A stretch of DNA of 64,000 bases, from contig JALDTO010000266.1 of the NCBI GenBank assembly GCA_023515725.1, positions 1,571,608-1,635,607 of the forward strand, read 5' to 3'. Every line of letters begins with the position of its first letter. Position 1 is the stretch's first letter. The position numbers were made by a program, and so were the translations under genes. Below, one piece after another: positions 1 through 15,642 of the stretch. The stretch is from Amoeboaphelidium protococcarum X5. Its lineage: Eukaryota; Fungi; Aphelidiomycota. Under the pieces are notes generated by a model, which searched no databases, was not told the origin of the DNA, and saw only the letters and a list, made by a program, of their open reading frames with translations.

Positions 1-2
1 CT

Positions 3-239
3 CTCAAAGCTGTGACTATCAAAATATCAGATGAAGTTTAGGATTAGAATCGGTTCTTGGGTGGAATGTCGACAGATTTTGACCGCACGAGAGGAGTATT
101 GGGGAACACTATGAATCGTCTCTCAAGGCTTATGTAGACACAAAACTCCAAGTACACGCTTTACATGATTATGTTTGTGATGGTCATATTCTTCATTGCG
201 TATCTAGCGTCTAAATCTAAGCGATCATCATCCTAATGA
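3..239 (+). CDS. BET1: Qc-SNARE Bet1-like, 3' part (5' end outside window)
   Basis: TAR=Q translation LKAVTIKISDEVQDQNRFLGGMSTDFDRTRGVLGNTMNRL... SNARE helix plus C-terminal TM segment; ends TAA TGA. Confidence 0.75.
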
Positions 240-394
240 TTTATTGTAAAAATTTGGCGTTCTTATGCTTAGTCTGATAATAATAGTGCTAATTTAACGC
301 TGCACTATGGATGAAGCGTTGAATTGCAAGAGTTATACTTTAGGAGTAATATATCAATGAATAGAATTCATAATTCATCTCAGTTAATATTATT

Positions 395-2461
395 TCACTT
401 GCCCAGGTTGCTAATAAGTTACTCCACATTGTGCAGTTGCATTTGCAAATCACCTTCAGTCTTCAACTTCTCAATCTAATTCTTCTCCAGTGTGATACCT
501 GAAGCTTATTTCAAATGCAACTGCTGAATTGCACGCAACTTTCTCTGTAATCCCAGAGCCTTCTTCTCCAACAAATCTCTCTCCGTCTTTATCTCATTAC
601 TAACACCACCAGCGTCACCATGTCCATTGCTACTATCAGACTTGGGTTCAACGCGCTACTTCTCGGCCGAATCCACCACAGACTAAGACTTTGACTTTGA
701 CTAACGATCCTATCTAGATCCTGAATCTTGGTGTAAATTCGACTACTGCGCATTATTGCTAGATGGTAAAGATGATGACTTCTTCTAATCATTGCTGGGA
801 GTAGTAAAACTAGCTCCAATAACTCCCCTGTTCTACTTTCTTAGATGAGGTGGGACGTAACCAGACTTTTGAGCTCCATTAGACTGACCATTGGCAGATT
901 GCTACTTTTTCAGCGTAATTTCTTGCAACTTGCCAGCATCAATCGTGATGTCAATTTCTTTAATATCATTTACTGATGCGGTAGACGATGATCCGACTGG
1001 ACGAGCTACTAAGAAGCATTAATACAGTTCTTTGTAAGACTTCTCCCACAGTAAATCACCATATATGTTACGCACCCTGAATCTATTATCTACTCTAAGA
1101 CGCGGGAAAGTGGTGGCACACACGATGCATACGCCCTTAGTATCTGAGCCACTTGTACCATCTACCAAGGACATTGTAGTCACATTGGACAACTCTATGA
1201 AAATCGGAGAATCTTCCTTATACTCAGCGATCAACTTTACGTCCAACGACAGATTACGGTTACCAGCGAGTGGACCGCGTGAATACAAATCCCAAATCTG
1301 AGTGTACCCGGCCAGATTACCATATCCACCAAACAGCAAAAATCTTCCTTCAGGAGATATGCGAACAGTATTACGTGCAAACTATCCAAAATCAAACACT
1401 CGACTGCCTTTAGTGTTATAAAGACCTGCACTACTTGGCGTATTACCGTACACCACCACAAAATTGCTACTCTTATTCTACTCAGGCAGCCAGGTAAAGT
1501 CATGGATAGGGCCAACCTTGTCAAGACCAACTGTAGTACCTATCCCTTCTTGTAGATCAGTGACCGCGTTTCCAGATAACTGAGTATTGAACAGATAAAG
1601 CTTCTGAATTCCATAATAGGATTTATTGGACTTGTCAACGTCTATGGTGCACAATGCAAGACAATGCTGTCCAGAGGTGCTCCATTTAAAAGTGACCTAA
1701 TCAGCCTTAATCACAGCCTTCTCCCCGAGCAATGTAACCGCGTTAGACTTCAAATCATACTGGAACATTCTAATAAAAGCACTGGTATCATTATTCAGCT
1801 GAGTGGCATAAGTCATGATGTATACACAATTGCTATCACTCACCACCGGACACACTTGGAACTGCACCAGCTGCAATCCCTCAACCTGGACCATAGCCAC
1901 AACGGACTTGAATCCATCAGCACTGTGACTAACCAAAGCCTTATTTCCTTCGCCACGCCAGACCATGAAGCGCTCCTACTCATCCCATTGAGGCCGCCAC
2001 ATGTCAATATTACGAATTTAATAGGATGCCACGATGGAAGCATCTGAAGCTGAGATGATCTTCACATTATTCTTTGCCTCAGCCGATGATGATGAACCAT
2101 TAGACACGTCCACTTGCGGCATATCCTTCATACGAGTGTACACAGCCACATAACCACCACTCGGACTAACCAGATAATCGTGAATATTAGGCAACTGGAA
2201 ATGCACCACTTGATCTGAGGGAGAAGATTCAGTCAGAGACAATCGCCTAATAACAAGACCTTGTGAGTGCAAGAATACTCCAACACGACCATTAGCAGAG
2301 AACTGACAGCTCTTGATAGCAAGACCAGCGGCGCCATTCTTTAATTGAGTGTTTCCTTCCACTTTCTACGGTGGTTATAACTCTTTGATACTCACAGAAC
2401 TCTACTACGGAAATAGATGCCTTTCCACACCTTGATCAGAACGCGTCTCTATTGCAATCAT
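395..2461 (-). CDS. EIF2A: Translation initiation factor eIF2A (WD-like beta-propeller)
   Basis: Track fragments share one frame; motifs DVDKSNKSYYG, GPIHDFTW, GYGNLAG, ATTFPRLRVDN; C-terminal coiled coil; start ATG approximate. Confidence 0.88.
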
Positions 2462-2943
2462 ATTAAATCTACTAAATTCAAAGTTCTATCTATAGATACT
2501 TGATGAATGAAACTATATATTGGAATAGTGTATAGGATGTTAGTACCACCAAAATGATGCTCTAGATAAAAACAGGAAATGTACCAATGACTCAACAACA
2601 CACACCCACACTCAAAGATGAAAAGTCACCCCAACAACAAAGAAACGACAATGATGGAAAAGAAAATGAAAAAGAAGAACAAGAACGGGGAAAACGGCAG
2701 AGATCAAGTCACCCACACGAGTAGCGTAAGGAACGAAAAGAAGAATTCTTCAGTAAACGGTAACACTTTCTGTCTGTCTCTGAAGAATTCGGTAAGGGTC
2801 GTCAGTCACTGAGCTGAGTCAGTCTCTCCTCACTCGTTTTGAAGGAACGAGTTGTTTCGTCTTAGTTTACTGCGCGATTATTAATTCTTTTTCAACTCTA
2901 TTTTAAAGATTTTAATCGTAATTAGAGGGAGGGGATATTAGAT

Positions 2944-5211
2944 ATGCTGCGAATAAGTAATGTTAATGCATCTCTGGGAGTCAATCTTTGTGCGGTGAAG
3001 AATGTCCTGATTCGCAGTGACGGTGGTACTGCTACGAGTGACGAAGAAGTGGATGCTCAGTGTGGCCTAACCAAAGATATTAATCAGAAGAATTCTAATT
3101 CTAGCTGGTTTTAAAAGTATGAAGTTATCAATAATAGTAGTAATAATAGTAATACTGGCATTAAAGGAAACGATAGTGATAATGGAAATGCGGATAATGA
3201 TATCAATTCTGTCATGCTTTCATAAAACCGTGTTATTATGGCTCTGAATTTCTAAAAGATTATATCAGCATTGACTGTTAAAATTGTCTTGACTTGTGTT
3301 GACTCTGTACAGTTGGTATCGCAAAATCTCTCTAAATCTAAAGAATCGATCAGTAATGCTCAGATTGTGGCAGTTGGCTCTGCGGATGGTCAAATACTGC
3401 TACTCAACACGAGGACGCTAAAGTATCGACGATTCCAAGTTGGACAATGTCCTATTAGTCGCGTTGAGTTAATTATTAGAAATTATAATAGAGCTCATTC
3501 AAATTCATAAGTTGGAGATGAATCCAAGTTTAGTGTATTCCTAATCGCGTCACTTGCATCTGGTCATTTTGTGGTGCTTAACATTTGTAGACTTTCAGAT
3601 GATTTGTCTGATGTTGGAGAGAGTATTGCCAGGCGATCATAATAGCTTCATACTTCTAATAGCAAGGATAACCTTTAGTAGAGCTAATAATAGCGGTACT
3701 ATACTATGATATCTGATCAGTTCAAGAATGGGATATATTGTTCTAAGTTGCATTAACCAGCCAGAATGAAGAGCGGAAGATTAGATTTGGAGAATAATGC
3801 GGATAGACTGACTGACCACGTCTTCGATCCTTCAATTGATGCAGAAGACTAGTATGATGGTGGTAATAGTACTCTTACTGGTGATCAATAATAATCTGCT
3901 CCTTAAAAGTATAATTGTGGATTGACTTCATTCTCAGTGTCGCCAGATCATTCCAAAGTTGCTATTACTACCACGAGTGGACACTGTTTTCTATTTAAAG
4001 ATTTTAATTATCTCTTGGAGAAGATGTCATCAACTTCTGGTGGTAATATTAAGAGTGCCAAGTCTAACAAGTCGTTGAGAGATTCTACAGATGGAGGCGG
4101 TGGCGGTGGTAGTAGTAGTAGTAGAAGCAATTTAATACGTCTCAGCGATACCTATTAGACAATGTACGGCTCAGCTTTATGCTCAGCTTGGTCCAACGAT
4201 TCTCGATTATTATCATTCGGTGGCTAGGATGATTTGATTTATGTTATTGATTCCCATACTTCCGAGTACTTGTACAAGCTGGATGGACACTAAAATTATG
4301 TCAACTAGATTCTATTTCTCAAATCAGTTTAGTATGATAAGTATCTTAGGCAAGGTACGGCTTAAAATTCTTCTGATATATTCCCTTAATGTCTATGGCC
4401 TGCCGACTAGGTGGTGGTGCAATCCGCGGAAGTTTCCTCTTCATCATAAGATTGGACGTTGTAATAGGGAGATACGCAAGCTACCAAGTGTGCCAATGCG
4501 GAAAGTAATCGTCTTAGTGGCAATCACATTTTGGTCAGTGTCGGAGAAGATTGTAGACTTTGTGTTTGGAATAACATCCATCTATAAGAAGAGTAATATC
4601 AAGGTCGAGAACAGAGACGAAGATCGACATTGAATAGATCCATGTTAAGGTCTTCATCTGCCGCAGGTACTGCCACTCATCTTGGTGAGTAAAATAATGA
4701 TATCAGTCCATCTAGAGAAGTAGAATAGTAATAGCGATCAACATCGTCTTCTAGAGCATCAGATTATGATAATGAACTTACTACGCTGCCTTCATAGAAA
4801 CTCAATGGTGATTCGGACGCAGAGAGCAAAAAGTCCAGGAAATCTTATTTGAACAGATCTCTGCGGTCTCTATCTAGGCTGTCTAATAAGATTCTGGCTA
4901 AGCCGTAGTAGTAGTTGAAAGCCATTGATTTCTCTTCTAAGTATCTACTATAATCTGAAAATGACGCTAGATTGAATTCCGTTGTAGTTCATGCTTATCC
5001 ATTCAGTCAGAAGTCGCCCAGTGGTGGAAGTGGCAATGAAAATGCTATTCCCAGTGTAAGTTTAGATATACGGACATTACAAAGTTCATAAGCCATTAAT
5101 ATACATAAAACACCATGCTCTGATCTTTGTATGTCAGATGATTGTTTTATAACATCCTCTCGAGGTGGATACATCAGCAAGTTGGACATTAGTCTGAAGA
5201 AGCTGTAGTGA
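2944..5211 (+). CDS. WD40 protein of WDR20/CreC/DMWD type with Ser/Asn-rich insertions
   Basis: FSVSPDHSKVA, YGSALCSAWSNDSRLLSFGGQDDLI, GHQNYV, VSVGEDCRLCVW follow the WDR20/CreC repeat order; ends TAG TGA. Confidence 0.7.
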
Positions 5212-5434
5212 ATCAGCATCGGTATTATTAACTGAATCTACGTTGCTCTATTAAAATAAAAGTCAACTCCATTTTGTGTATAAGTAAGAGAAAAAACTCA
5301 ATACATTTATCGTTACTTATCAAAAGTATCCCTTTTATTCAATGCATCATCATTTTTAAGCTTAGAGCAGTAAGCACATTCTTTTCAGCTGTACTCACAT
5401 TCAAAAAGAATTTTCCGCATCTCTTATTGCGCTA

Positions 5435-7778
<2,344 letters not shown>

Positions 7779-8264
7779 ATCTGAGTACAGTATTTAAGTA
7801 CCAATACACTCCAAGTCAAGACGATCAAGACTAAATAAATAATAAAGAAATATTAACAGAGATAGTGAGCAACTATCGTCGGTAGTGGTGACTTTAATGA
7901 GTGAATGAATGATCTTTGAAGGACAAAAGAAACGGCGATGAAACAAAGCAAACTCAACGGATCTGAAACGGCATAAAAATAGCCTATTATAGTCTAAGCC
8001 TTACCTATTGAATAACTGCGCAACGTGCTTCATGCCAAACTTTGATTTTATTGAATAAAGAAGAAGGCTTTAGTTTAGTCTACTCATACGCAGTTTGAAC
8101 GCAATACAGATATTCTATATAACGCAGTTGGTGTTCAGCCAGCAATTAAGAGACATTCTACCATCGCCAAAAACGAGTAAATACAGAGCGAGTTATAATA
8201 AATGACGATTTTAATCAACAACTTACAATACAATTTAACATGTTATTAACGTAAGATTACTCTT

Positions 8265-8714
8265 TCAATGATGACGAGGACTTCTTCTTAAGGGAGGGCC
8301 TTCAAAAACTAAGTCTTCCCGTACATCAACATGCTCTTAACGATCAGCAACATCGGCGTAAACAACGCGAGCATTCCCCAGTTTCTGATTTATTTGCTAC
8401 AGCATTACCCACTATTGCTACATCGTAGTCCGCAACTCATTGATGGAACGAGCTTAATTTGCCTAACCCGTTGTCAAAGTAGCTATACCATCTCTCAAAG
8501 CAAGTAGATCAGCTGCATTCACATTTTGGGCAAGCAAGAGCGCGTGTTCTTAGCGATGTTTTTCCAGAGCAACTCTCTCAACTACTTCACGCTCCTCCTG
8601 GGTGAGGTTTTCCAAATTTTGCACAGACAACCATGCACAGTTCTTAAAGTCCGCCTGTAGCAATTCAGCATGCGTTTAAGGGTTTTCAGGTGGATTACAC
8701 GGTATTCGAGGCAT
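8265..8714 (-). CDS. Hypothetical 149-aa coiled-coil protein, paralogue of 52498-52929
   Basis: ATG-to-TGA frame with TAR=Q; shares a KHRxEH...NxNxADxLAL motif with the 52.5 kb ORF. Confidence 0.6.
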
Positions 8715-9008
8715 TTTGTTATGTAGATACGCTTTAGTGTTCAGACTTGGATGTGGTAATAGATAAAGAGAGAATGTCGGCGAAATCTTGCATAAATCAG
8801 ATTTTGCGCCGAAACGGGAAAGTGTTGTACTGCCGAAACAGCGCAAGAAGAAACAGTAAAAGCCACTTATAGAATTTGTAGTCTCGCCGCTGGCTTAGTA
8901 GAGTGCTGAAGTAGTTGTAGTAACTGAGGGGGGAAATCAAGCGCAAGACTCAGAGATTTCTTAAATTCAACTTGAAAGTACTCTAACTCTCAAATGGTAT
9001 ACTTTCAC

Positions 9009-10934
9009 TCATTTGGACATGGATGAGATAACCTTGGCATCGGCAGCGTCATCAAAGTGCGCCACCTTCTCATTATTACGCGACTTTTAATAATCTTTCA
9101 CAATCTTCGTAAACTCCGCAGATTACTTCGCTACAGCAGGAATCTTGTTCGACATCTTTTTAAATTTGGCAACATAAAAACCATCCATATTATGCGTGTG
9201 TGGATAGTATCTGCGCGTCAAATTCAGACTCTAGGAGAACTTCTTTCCTCTGAACTTGGTGAATCCCTACTCACCAAAATCTAAACCAGTTGATACTAAT
9301 TTTACGTTAGGACGCTTACTCAATGCATAGTTGACAACCTCTTCATTCTCCTCCACCATGATAGAACAGGTGGAGTACACAATGTATCCTCCAGTCTTGG
9401 ATGTTGCATCGACAGAGTCAATAGCGCTAAGAATAAGCTCCTTCTACAATTTAGTGAGCATCTAAAAGTCATCGGCACTCTTGTTCACTTTTACCGCCTA
9501 ATCTTTAGATATCACACCGGTACCTGAACAAGGTGCATCCAGAAGTACTCTATCAAATCCTCCGATAACTTCAGGAAACTTTCGCCCATCATAATTGCAA
9601 ATCACCGTATTCTTGATCCCCATTCTGTGAATATTGGCAATGAGGCCTTTACAACGATCCTTACTCGCATCATTGGCAAACAGACAACCAGAGTTCTTCA
9701 TCAGAGCGGCAATGTAAGAAGTCTTACCACCAGGGGCTGAGGCCATGTCCAAGATACGCTCATTCTCCTTTGGCGCCAATGCCATCACAGGCAGGAAAGA
9801 GGAGGCAGATTGCAGCATATACTAACCTGACATATACTCTGGCGTGGCACCAATAGGTACAGCAGAATCGTAGATTGTCAAACCAACCTTTGACCACTTA
9901 CCAATAGGATCCAAATTGACACCTCTGTTAATAAGAGCTTATGCTACATCACGTCTCTTTGCCTTCAGCGTATTCACTCTGATAGTTACAGGACGAGGCA
10001 CTTCATTAGCCTCCAAGAAAGAAATGCATTCAGCAGGGGTGAACAACTGCAACAATTTCTCCATGAGAAACTCGTTATATCCATAATAAGAGCACAGATC
10101 TTCCTAAAAGCGCCCCATATATTCTTTTCTACTGACACCATCCTGGTGAAGCTGGGAGAAATTAGACAATACGCGACTAGTTTCCTGGATTCTCTACTGA
10201 ATCAGTTGAATGTCTGGAGCAATAACAGAATTCTTTTCCACAATCGAACCATCCGGCAACTGAATCTACTAAGACTGATCAATATTAAGGATCGGCTCCT
10301 GGTCCTCTTCCTCTTCATTAATGGCAGCATCGACACCATCCTCCTAAAGGTCACCTTCAAATTCGTCATCTTCGCTGCCACTGATCTGTGAAAAATCGTC
10401 AAAATCATCGCCAACTTCTTCACCGCCACTCATATCATCCCATAGCATATCTCCGTTATCACTACCATCCACTGAGCCAAGATCCAGCTCATTAATATCT
10501 TCCGCATCTTGTTCTTCCAAGTTATCTTCCTAGACCATGTCATCCGCATTAGAAAGCTCCTCTTCAACTTCAGAGGATCCGTCAACAACAACTTGATCAT
10601 CATCCTCCTCCATTTCGCTTCCAAAATCAAACGCGTCAGGTGCTTCATCGTCACTGCTATTATATCTGTTCAGCCTCTTTTGAATCTTTCTAGATTTTCC
10701 CTTCATCAGAGTGGTCTCTGTGCTAGCTTCCACAACCTCAGTCTGAGGCAAATTCTCCACTTTTTCATCAGATACTCCCTTAACGACAGCCGCATCTTCA
10801 CGCTGAATATCAGTTTGATTCTTCTTCTTAGCTTGTTGAAGTCTCTTTCCCTAAGAATCTTTCTAAATAGGCAATGGATCCCTCTACTTCAACCTTGCTT
10901 TACGTCCTTTACGCGTCAAAAATTCCTTTGGCAT
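9009..10934 (-). CDS. NOP2: rRNA m5C methyltransferase Nop2
   Basis: [40 protein letters not shown]; acidic N-terminal region. Confidence 0.95.
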
Positions 10935-11177
10935 TTGATGATTTGCTTTTATTACTTTTTTATCTTTGCTCGAATATAAATGTCACCGAACAAAGAGAGA
11001 ACTGAAAAATGGTCAAAGTTTAACAACTGAAAAATTTACCGCGTGTAGCTCTCTTACGGCATGAAGCTTTGAAAAGTACTTTAATAATGATCTCGATAGA
11101 CAAAAGTTATATACAAAGTGACGACGTATACTATAATAAAGTCACTTTATCATTCCATTCCGCCACTACAATATAAA

Positions 11178-14132
11178 TCACTCCTCAGCCGTCAAAGCCT
11201 TCTTTTGAGTGAGCGTAATCTTATCGCCCAAACTCAGAGCTATACCTTGAGTTCTGCTCCTGATACGGATGCTTCCACGGATAGTTTTATCAACAGGATT
11301 CTGCTCCATGCTGATATTGGCCAAAGCATCCTCGCCAAACAAGGAGCGAGCATACAGATTAGCTGACAGAAAACCACAACTACCAGCCAACGCCTTCTCC
11401 GGCGTCAGACACTTCATATTCGTGCACTTCAACACATGTTTCAGATACTCGTGAATATCCGTGATATTGGTGTTGATATTGATCTTATTCTCCCACTCAA
11501 ACTCAGTCCACATGGATCTAAATTCATTATTGGTACACTCAGCCGGGCGGATATAGTCCATAATGTCAACGTGGATATCCTTCAACAGGATGACAGTCGA
11601 ATCAGACGATCCCTTCTGATCATACACAATGTTGCCAAATATGACACCAGTCTCAGTAGAGGAAACCTTGATATTAGCCTTGATAGAGTGAAATCCATGA
11701 GCTCCCAAATTGATCGCGGTTGGTCTCTCCACAATCTTCAAATCACCCAAAGTGGAGAATTCAATCGTCAAATTTTACAGCGTGGCAGTGGTTTGATTAA
11801 CCAGCAACACATCTAGTAAGATGTCATACTGATGTACATCCACGTACGCTTCTGCATACACAGTATCGGAATATCCAGTTAGCTGGACAACACGATTCAG
11901 CTTATTACTACCGACACCTTTGATATCAGATGAACCAGTTGCTTTGGCAATATCTTGCTCGTACGCAGAAGCTATAGCATTAGCACCAGTCTTGGTCTTG
12001 ATCTATCTGAACATGACCAGTTATTCCAGATTCTGAGAGGCAGCAGACTGCGAACTCAAGCCCACGCCGCCAGCACCAGAAGACAGATTCAATGACAATT
12101 GAGCCATCTTCTTCTTTCCCTCATTCACTTGCATCAACTTGGCGAATACTTCATGGGAATGCTTCAATAGGATAACATTCATCTTGGAGACTGCTTGGCT
12201 ATTGCACAACATTTTCAGACAGCTCAACAATCTCCCATAAGAATCGTCATCAATCTGGGCAGATACAATGCTACTCTAGCCGACGCGGATGACGCTAGTA
12301 ATAATCAGCATGGACAATGCCTTCAAAGAATTGGTCAAATTCATATCAGCGCCAGATGTCTGAGCCAATCTAAATATCAATTTCACCATAGATACTCCCA
12401 ACACTCCTGCTAGAAAGTAATCTCCCTCCAATATGAGAGCTCTCAACTAAGGCTTACTTAAGCCGGCAACAGTGTTCTGAAGTGTAGTAGGACTGACATG
12501 GCTATAAGTAGTCTCAGTGGCATATGTACCATCAGCCAATACCTTGGTCTTGGTGACCGGTTTCATATCCGCACCATTCACCTGCTATGACCCATCATTT
12601 TCATTCGACAGATCATTCATCAACACTTCCTCCGCGGCCAGTCTCTCACTTTCCAAAATCGGCAACTTTCCAATACTATCACGAATTACTCCGAAGGCAG
12701 ATTCAATCAACATTTGATCATTGCAATACTCTCCAATCACCCACAGAGCTCCACGCAAAACCTTACCATTCTTCATATCCTTAAAATTTTCAAACAACTT
12801 TACCAAAATCTCATGACGCATATCACTGTTCTTCTCCATAACTTCGCGGATGAAAGAAATAACGTCAAGAGCTGCATTCGTATTAGAATCTCCCAAATAC
12901 TCCATCAATACGTGAACAACCTCAGCGGAGCCTTCAGGGAATCTAAGAGCACATTGGTGAATGGCATGAATTAATAACTGACGGTACTCGGCACTCTTAT
13001 CCTTGGCATTAGGATCTCTAGTCTTCTAAATCTCCTTCTAAAGGAAGCTGACAACTTCACGAATATTCTTAGTGGACAGAAGATCCAGGGCCACACTGAC
13101 AGCCTTCTTACAAACTTCAATATCCGGACTAGATAGCACTCTTAGCACATCAATGGCCAGATCATCCAACACACGATCATATTTGGTTTTAATCTCAGCC
13201 AGGCGGTCCAAAACAATCAACTTGACATTGTTATCACTCTCTTTTGTTGCCAGCTCGGCATAACACTTTCCAACAGCAGTGACAGCAGCAGGAGACTGTG
13301 TCAACATCATCAATGTACCAGATGCCTCAAACTTCACCGCAGCGCTCTAGGTGCACTCCAACAATGTGAGGATGGCCTTGATATAGGATGAGCGAGCCTC
13401 AGGATTACCGGTGGTGTCTCTCTTAATCAGCTCAACTATTGCCAACTACATGTGATCGTCAAACTGATCCACTCTGTCCAACAGCGACATTAAGTAAACT
13501 AAAGCACGATGATGATCGATGGAGGTGAGAGCAAGGAATGCATTACGCCTGCAATTAGCATCCACCTCCTGCATCAGATAAGCTTGAACAATTTCACCAG
13601 CATCCGGGATAAGAGTCTCATTGTATTTGAAGATGCTCATGATGGAGACGACTGCATTCTTCCTCACCAGAGAACTACGATGCTCCAGACACTATCTAAC
13701 ACTGGGCACAAGTGGCTCCAACAGATCCGTCTCCCGCAACTTGCACAGCAGACGCAGAGTAGCAGCGCGAACATATTCATTAGGAGATTGAAGATCATTT
13801 CTCAGGTAATTACACACCAAAATCATTTCTTATTTCAACTTTCCATCTGGATTCTTCTTGGGACACACCTCCCAGTACACAAGCAACAGCTTCTTCAAAG
13901 TCTTGTTCTTACTAGGCAAAACAAAACGGATGACATACATCATCATATCACCTGCCAACTGGGTATCGCTACCTTGCATTGTAATTACCACCAGCGACTT
14001 CATGGCATCGATCTTTACACTCTCAGACTTGGACTCCAGGGCCGACTTCAAGTTCTTGGCAGTAGCATCTGAGTCTTGTTCAATCCCACCAATAAGCGTC
14101 CAACAAGTATCTTGCAGCATAGGTGTAGCCAT
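11178..14132 (-). CDS. COPB1: Coatomer subunit beta (Sec26/COPB1)
   Basis: [57 protein letters not shown]; 984 aa single frame. Confidence 0.95.
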
Positions 14133-14255
14133 TCTTCAAGTTTACTATTTAATAAAAAAAATGGATATAAACACCGTAATTAGAGTTGACACCTAAAATA
14201 TACAACTTGTTCTATGGATTGTAGAAAGAAGAAGCGGAAACAGCTTTCTCGTCAA

Positions 14256-14286
14256 AAGAGAGAGAGAGAGCGAGAGAGAGAGAGAA
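14256..14286. repeat. (GA)n microsatellite in the divergent COPB1/TMEM18 intergenic region
   Basis: agagagagagagagcgagagagagagagaag seen directly. Confidence 0.9.
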
Positions 14287-14374
14287 GAAGAGTCACTCAG
14301 TTAATTTTTAGAAATACTCTCGCCTCCTATCAAACCTTCTATAGAGAGAGAACTAAGCAGGAATTATAATCACT

Positions 14375-14937
14375 ATGAATGTCAGTGTGGATCAGATATT
14401 CACCGTTGCGGATAAAGCATTCCAAGATTTGAGACGCGATACTTCATGGTTTGTTGAAAGAGTAAATTGGACTGAGCCATTCATTGTGGCTATGATACTG
14501 TTCCATGCAACACTGCTGATTGCAGCTATTATCTATCGCAAGAATCATAACGTTTTATTCGCTCTTCTTACGCTCTGTGGTAGGTTGATTACTTATCTGA
14601 ATAGTCGATTGTCGTGTCGATCGTAATAATTATTATGTAGCTGCGATTGTGCTGAATGCCCAGCATATGAACGAATATGGACGCGTTTACTGGTCCAAGT
14701 TCAGCTCTCAGCTATACTTTGATCGAAATGGTATATTTATTTCGGTGATGCTCAGTCTGCCCCTTGTTCTTACATCGCTTGTTATATCTGTAAGTTTTTT
14801 GGAAAAGTATTCGATCATCATTGTCTCTTATCCTATTTAATCTTGTGATGTAGATTCTGTTTGTGATGCGTGCCAGTTCAATGTTGATCCAGGTGAAACG
14901 AAAGCAGTTGTAAAGTACAGTTAAGAAGTAATAGTGA
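14375..14937 (+). CDS. TMEM18: TMEM18-family membrane protein, introns ~14580-14640 and ~14790-14853
   Basis: NWTEPFI, WSKFSSQLYFDRNGIFISVMLSLP, MLIQVKRKQL; GT-AG introns restore frame. Confidence 0.8.
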
Positions 14938-15642
14938 CCATCCCATGTAGAATGAAACTTAACATCCACGCTTTAAGAGTAATGTACTGCAAGCAAAAGT
15001 TTGTTAAATATTCTTGTTGGGTAAATTTCTGAATAATTTAAACTTAAGTGCGCAACGTACTTTGAGCCTGATCAGCTCATATACAGTATTTATCCGCATG
15101 GTCAAGTTGCTGCGAAATCACTGAAAGCATCATAAGAGAAGACGCGTGCAGCATAATATGATATGAAATTCACGTACGGTGTTCTCACACAATGCGTAGT
15201 TGAATTGGTTGAAAGCATTCCAGTTTCGGTATCTGACAGCAGAGCAGACCTCTTGACCTCACCGACTAGTCCAATGATGTCATCATATCCATCCTTCTAC
15301 AGCATGATAACAGGCTAACTACTAGGCGAACAGGTGCCATAAGAGTGTGGGATTACCACAAATCCCACTGGATCAAATGGCAACTTATTGAGCGTGATTT
15401 TAATTGAAATTCAAATAAGCGGAACATTTAATGAATGATATGATTAATCTATAAGCGCATTTAGTGTTCAGAGGCATAACAGTTCACCTTGACAACGCCC
15501 ATTTATCATTAGCCTGAGATTGATCTCTAACGTTGAGGTTGTAAAATAACACTTACTTTGCTTCACACTCGATATATTGTTATTATCATTTGTATCAGCC
15601 AGAAAATTAGATACCATCTTGTAACAACAAATCTCGTTTATA

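Noticed and set aside
14960-15420. Short minus-strand open frames between TMEM18 and the Hippo kinase
   Set aside because: No clear start, broken by TGA, no recognisable family.
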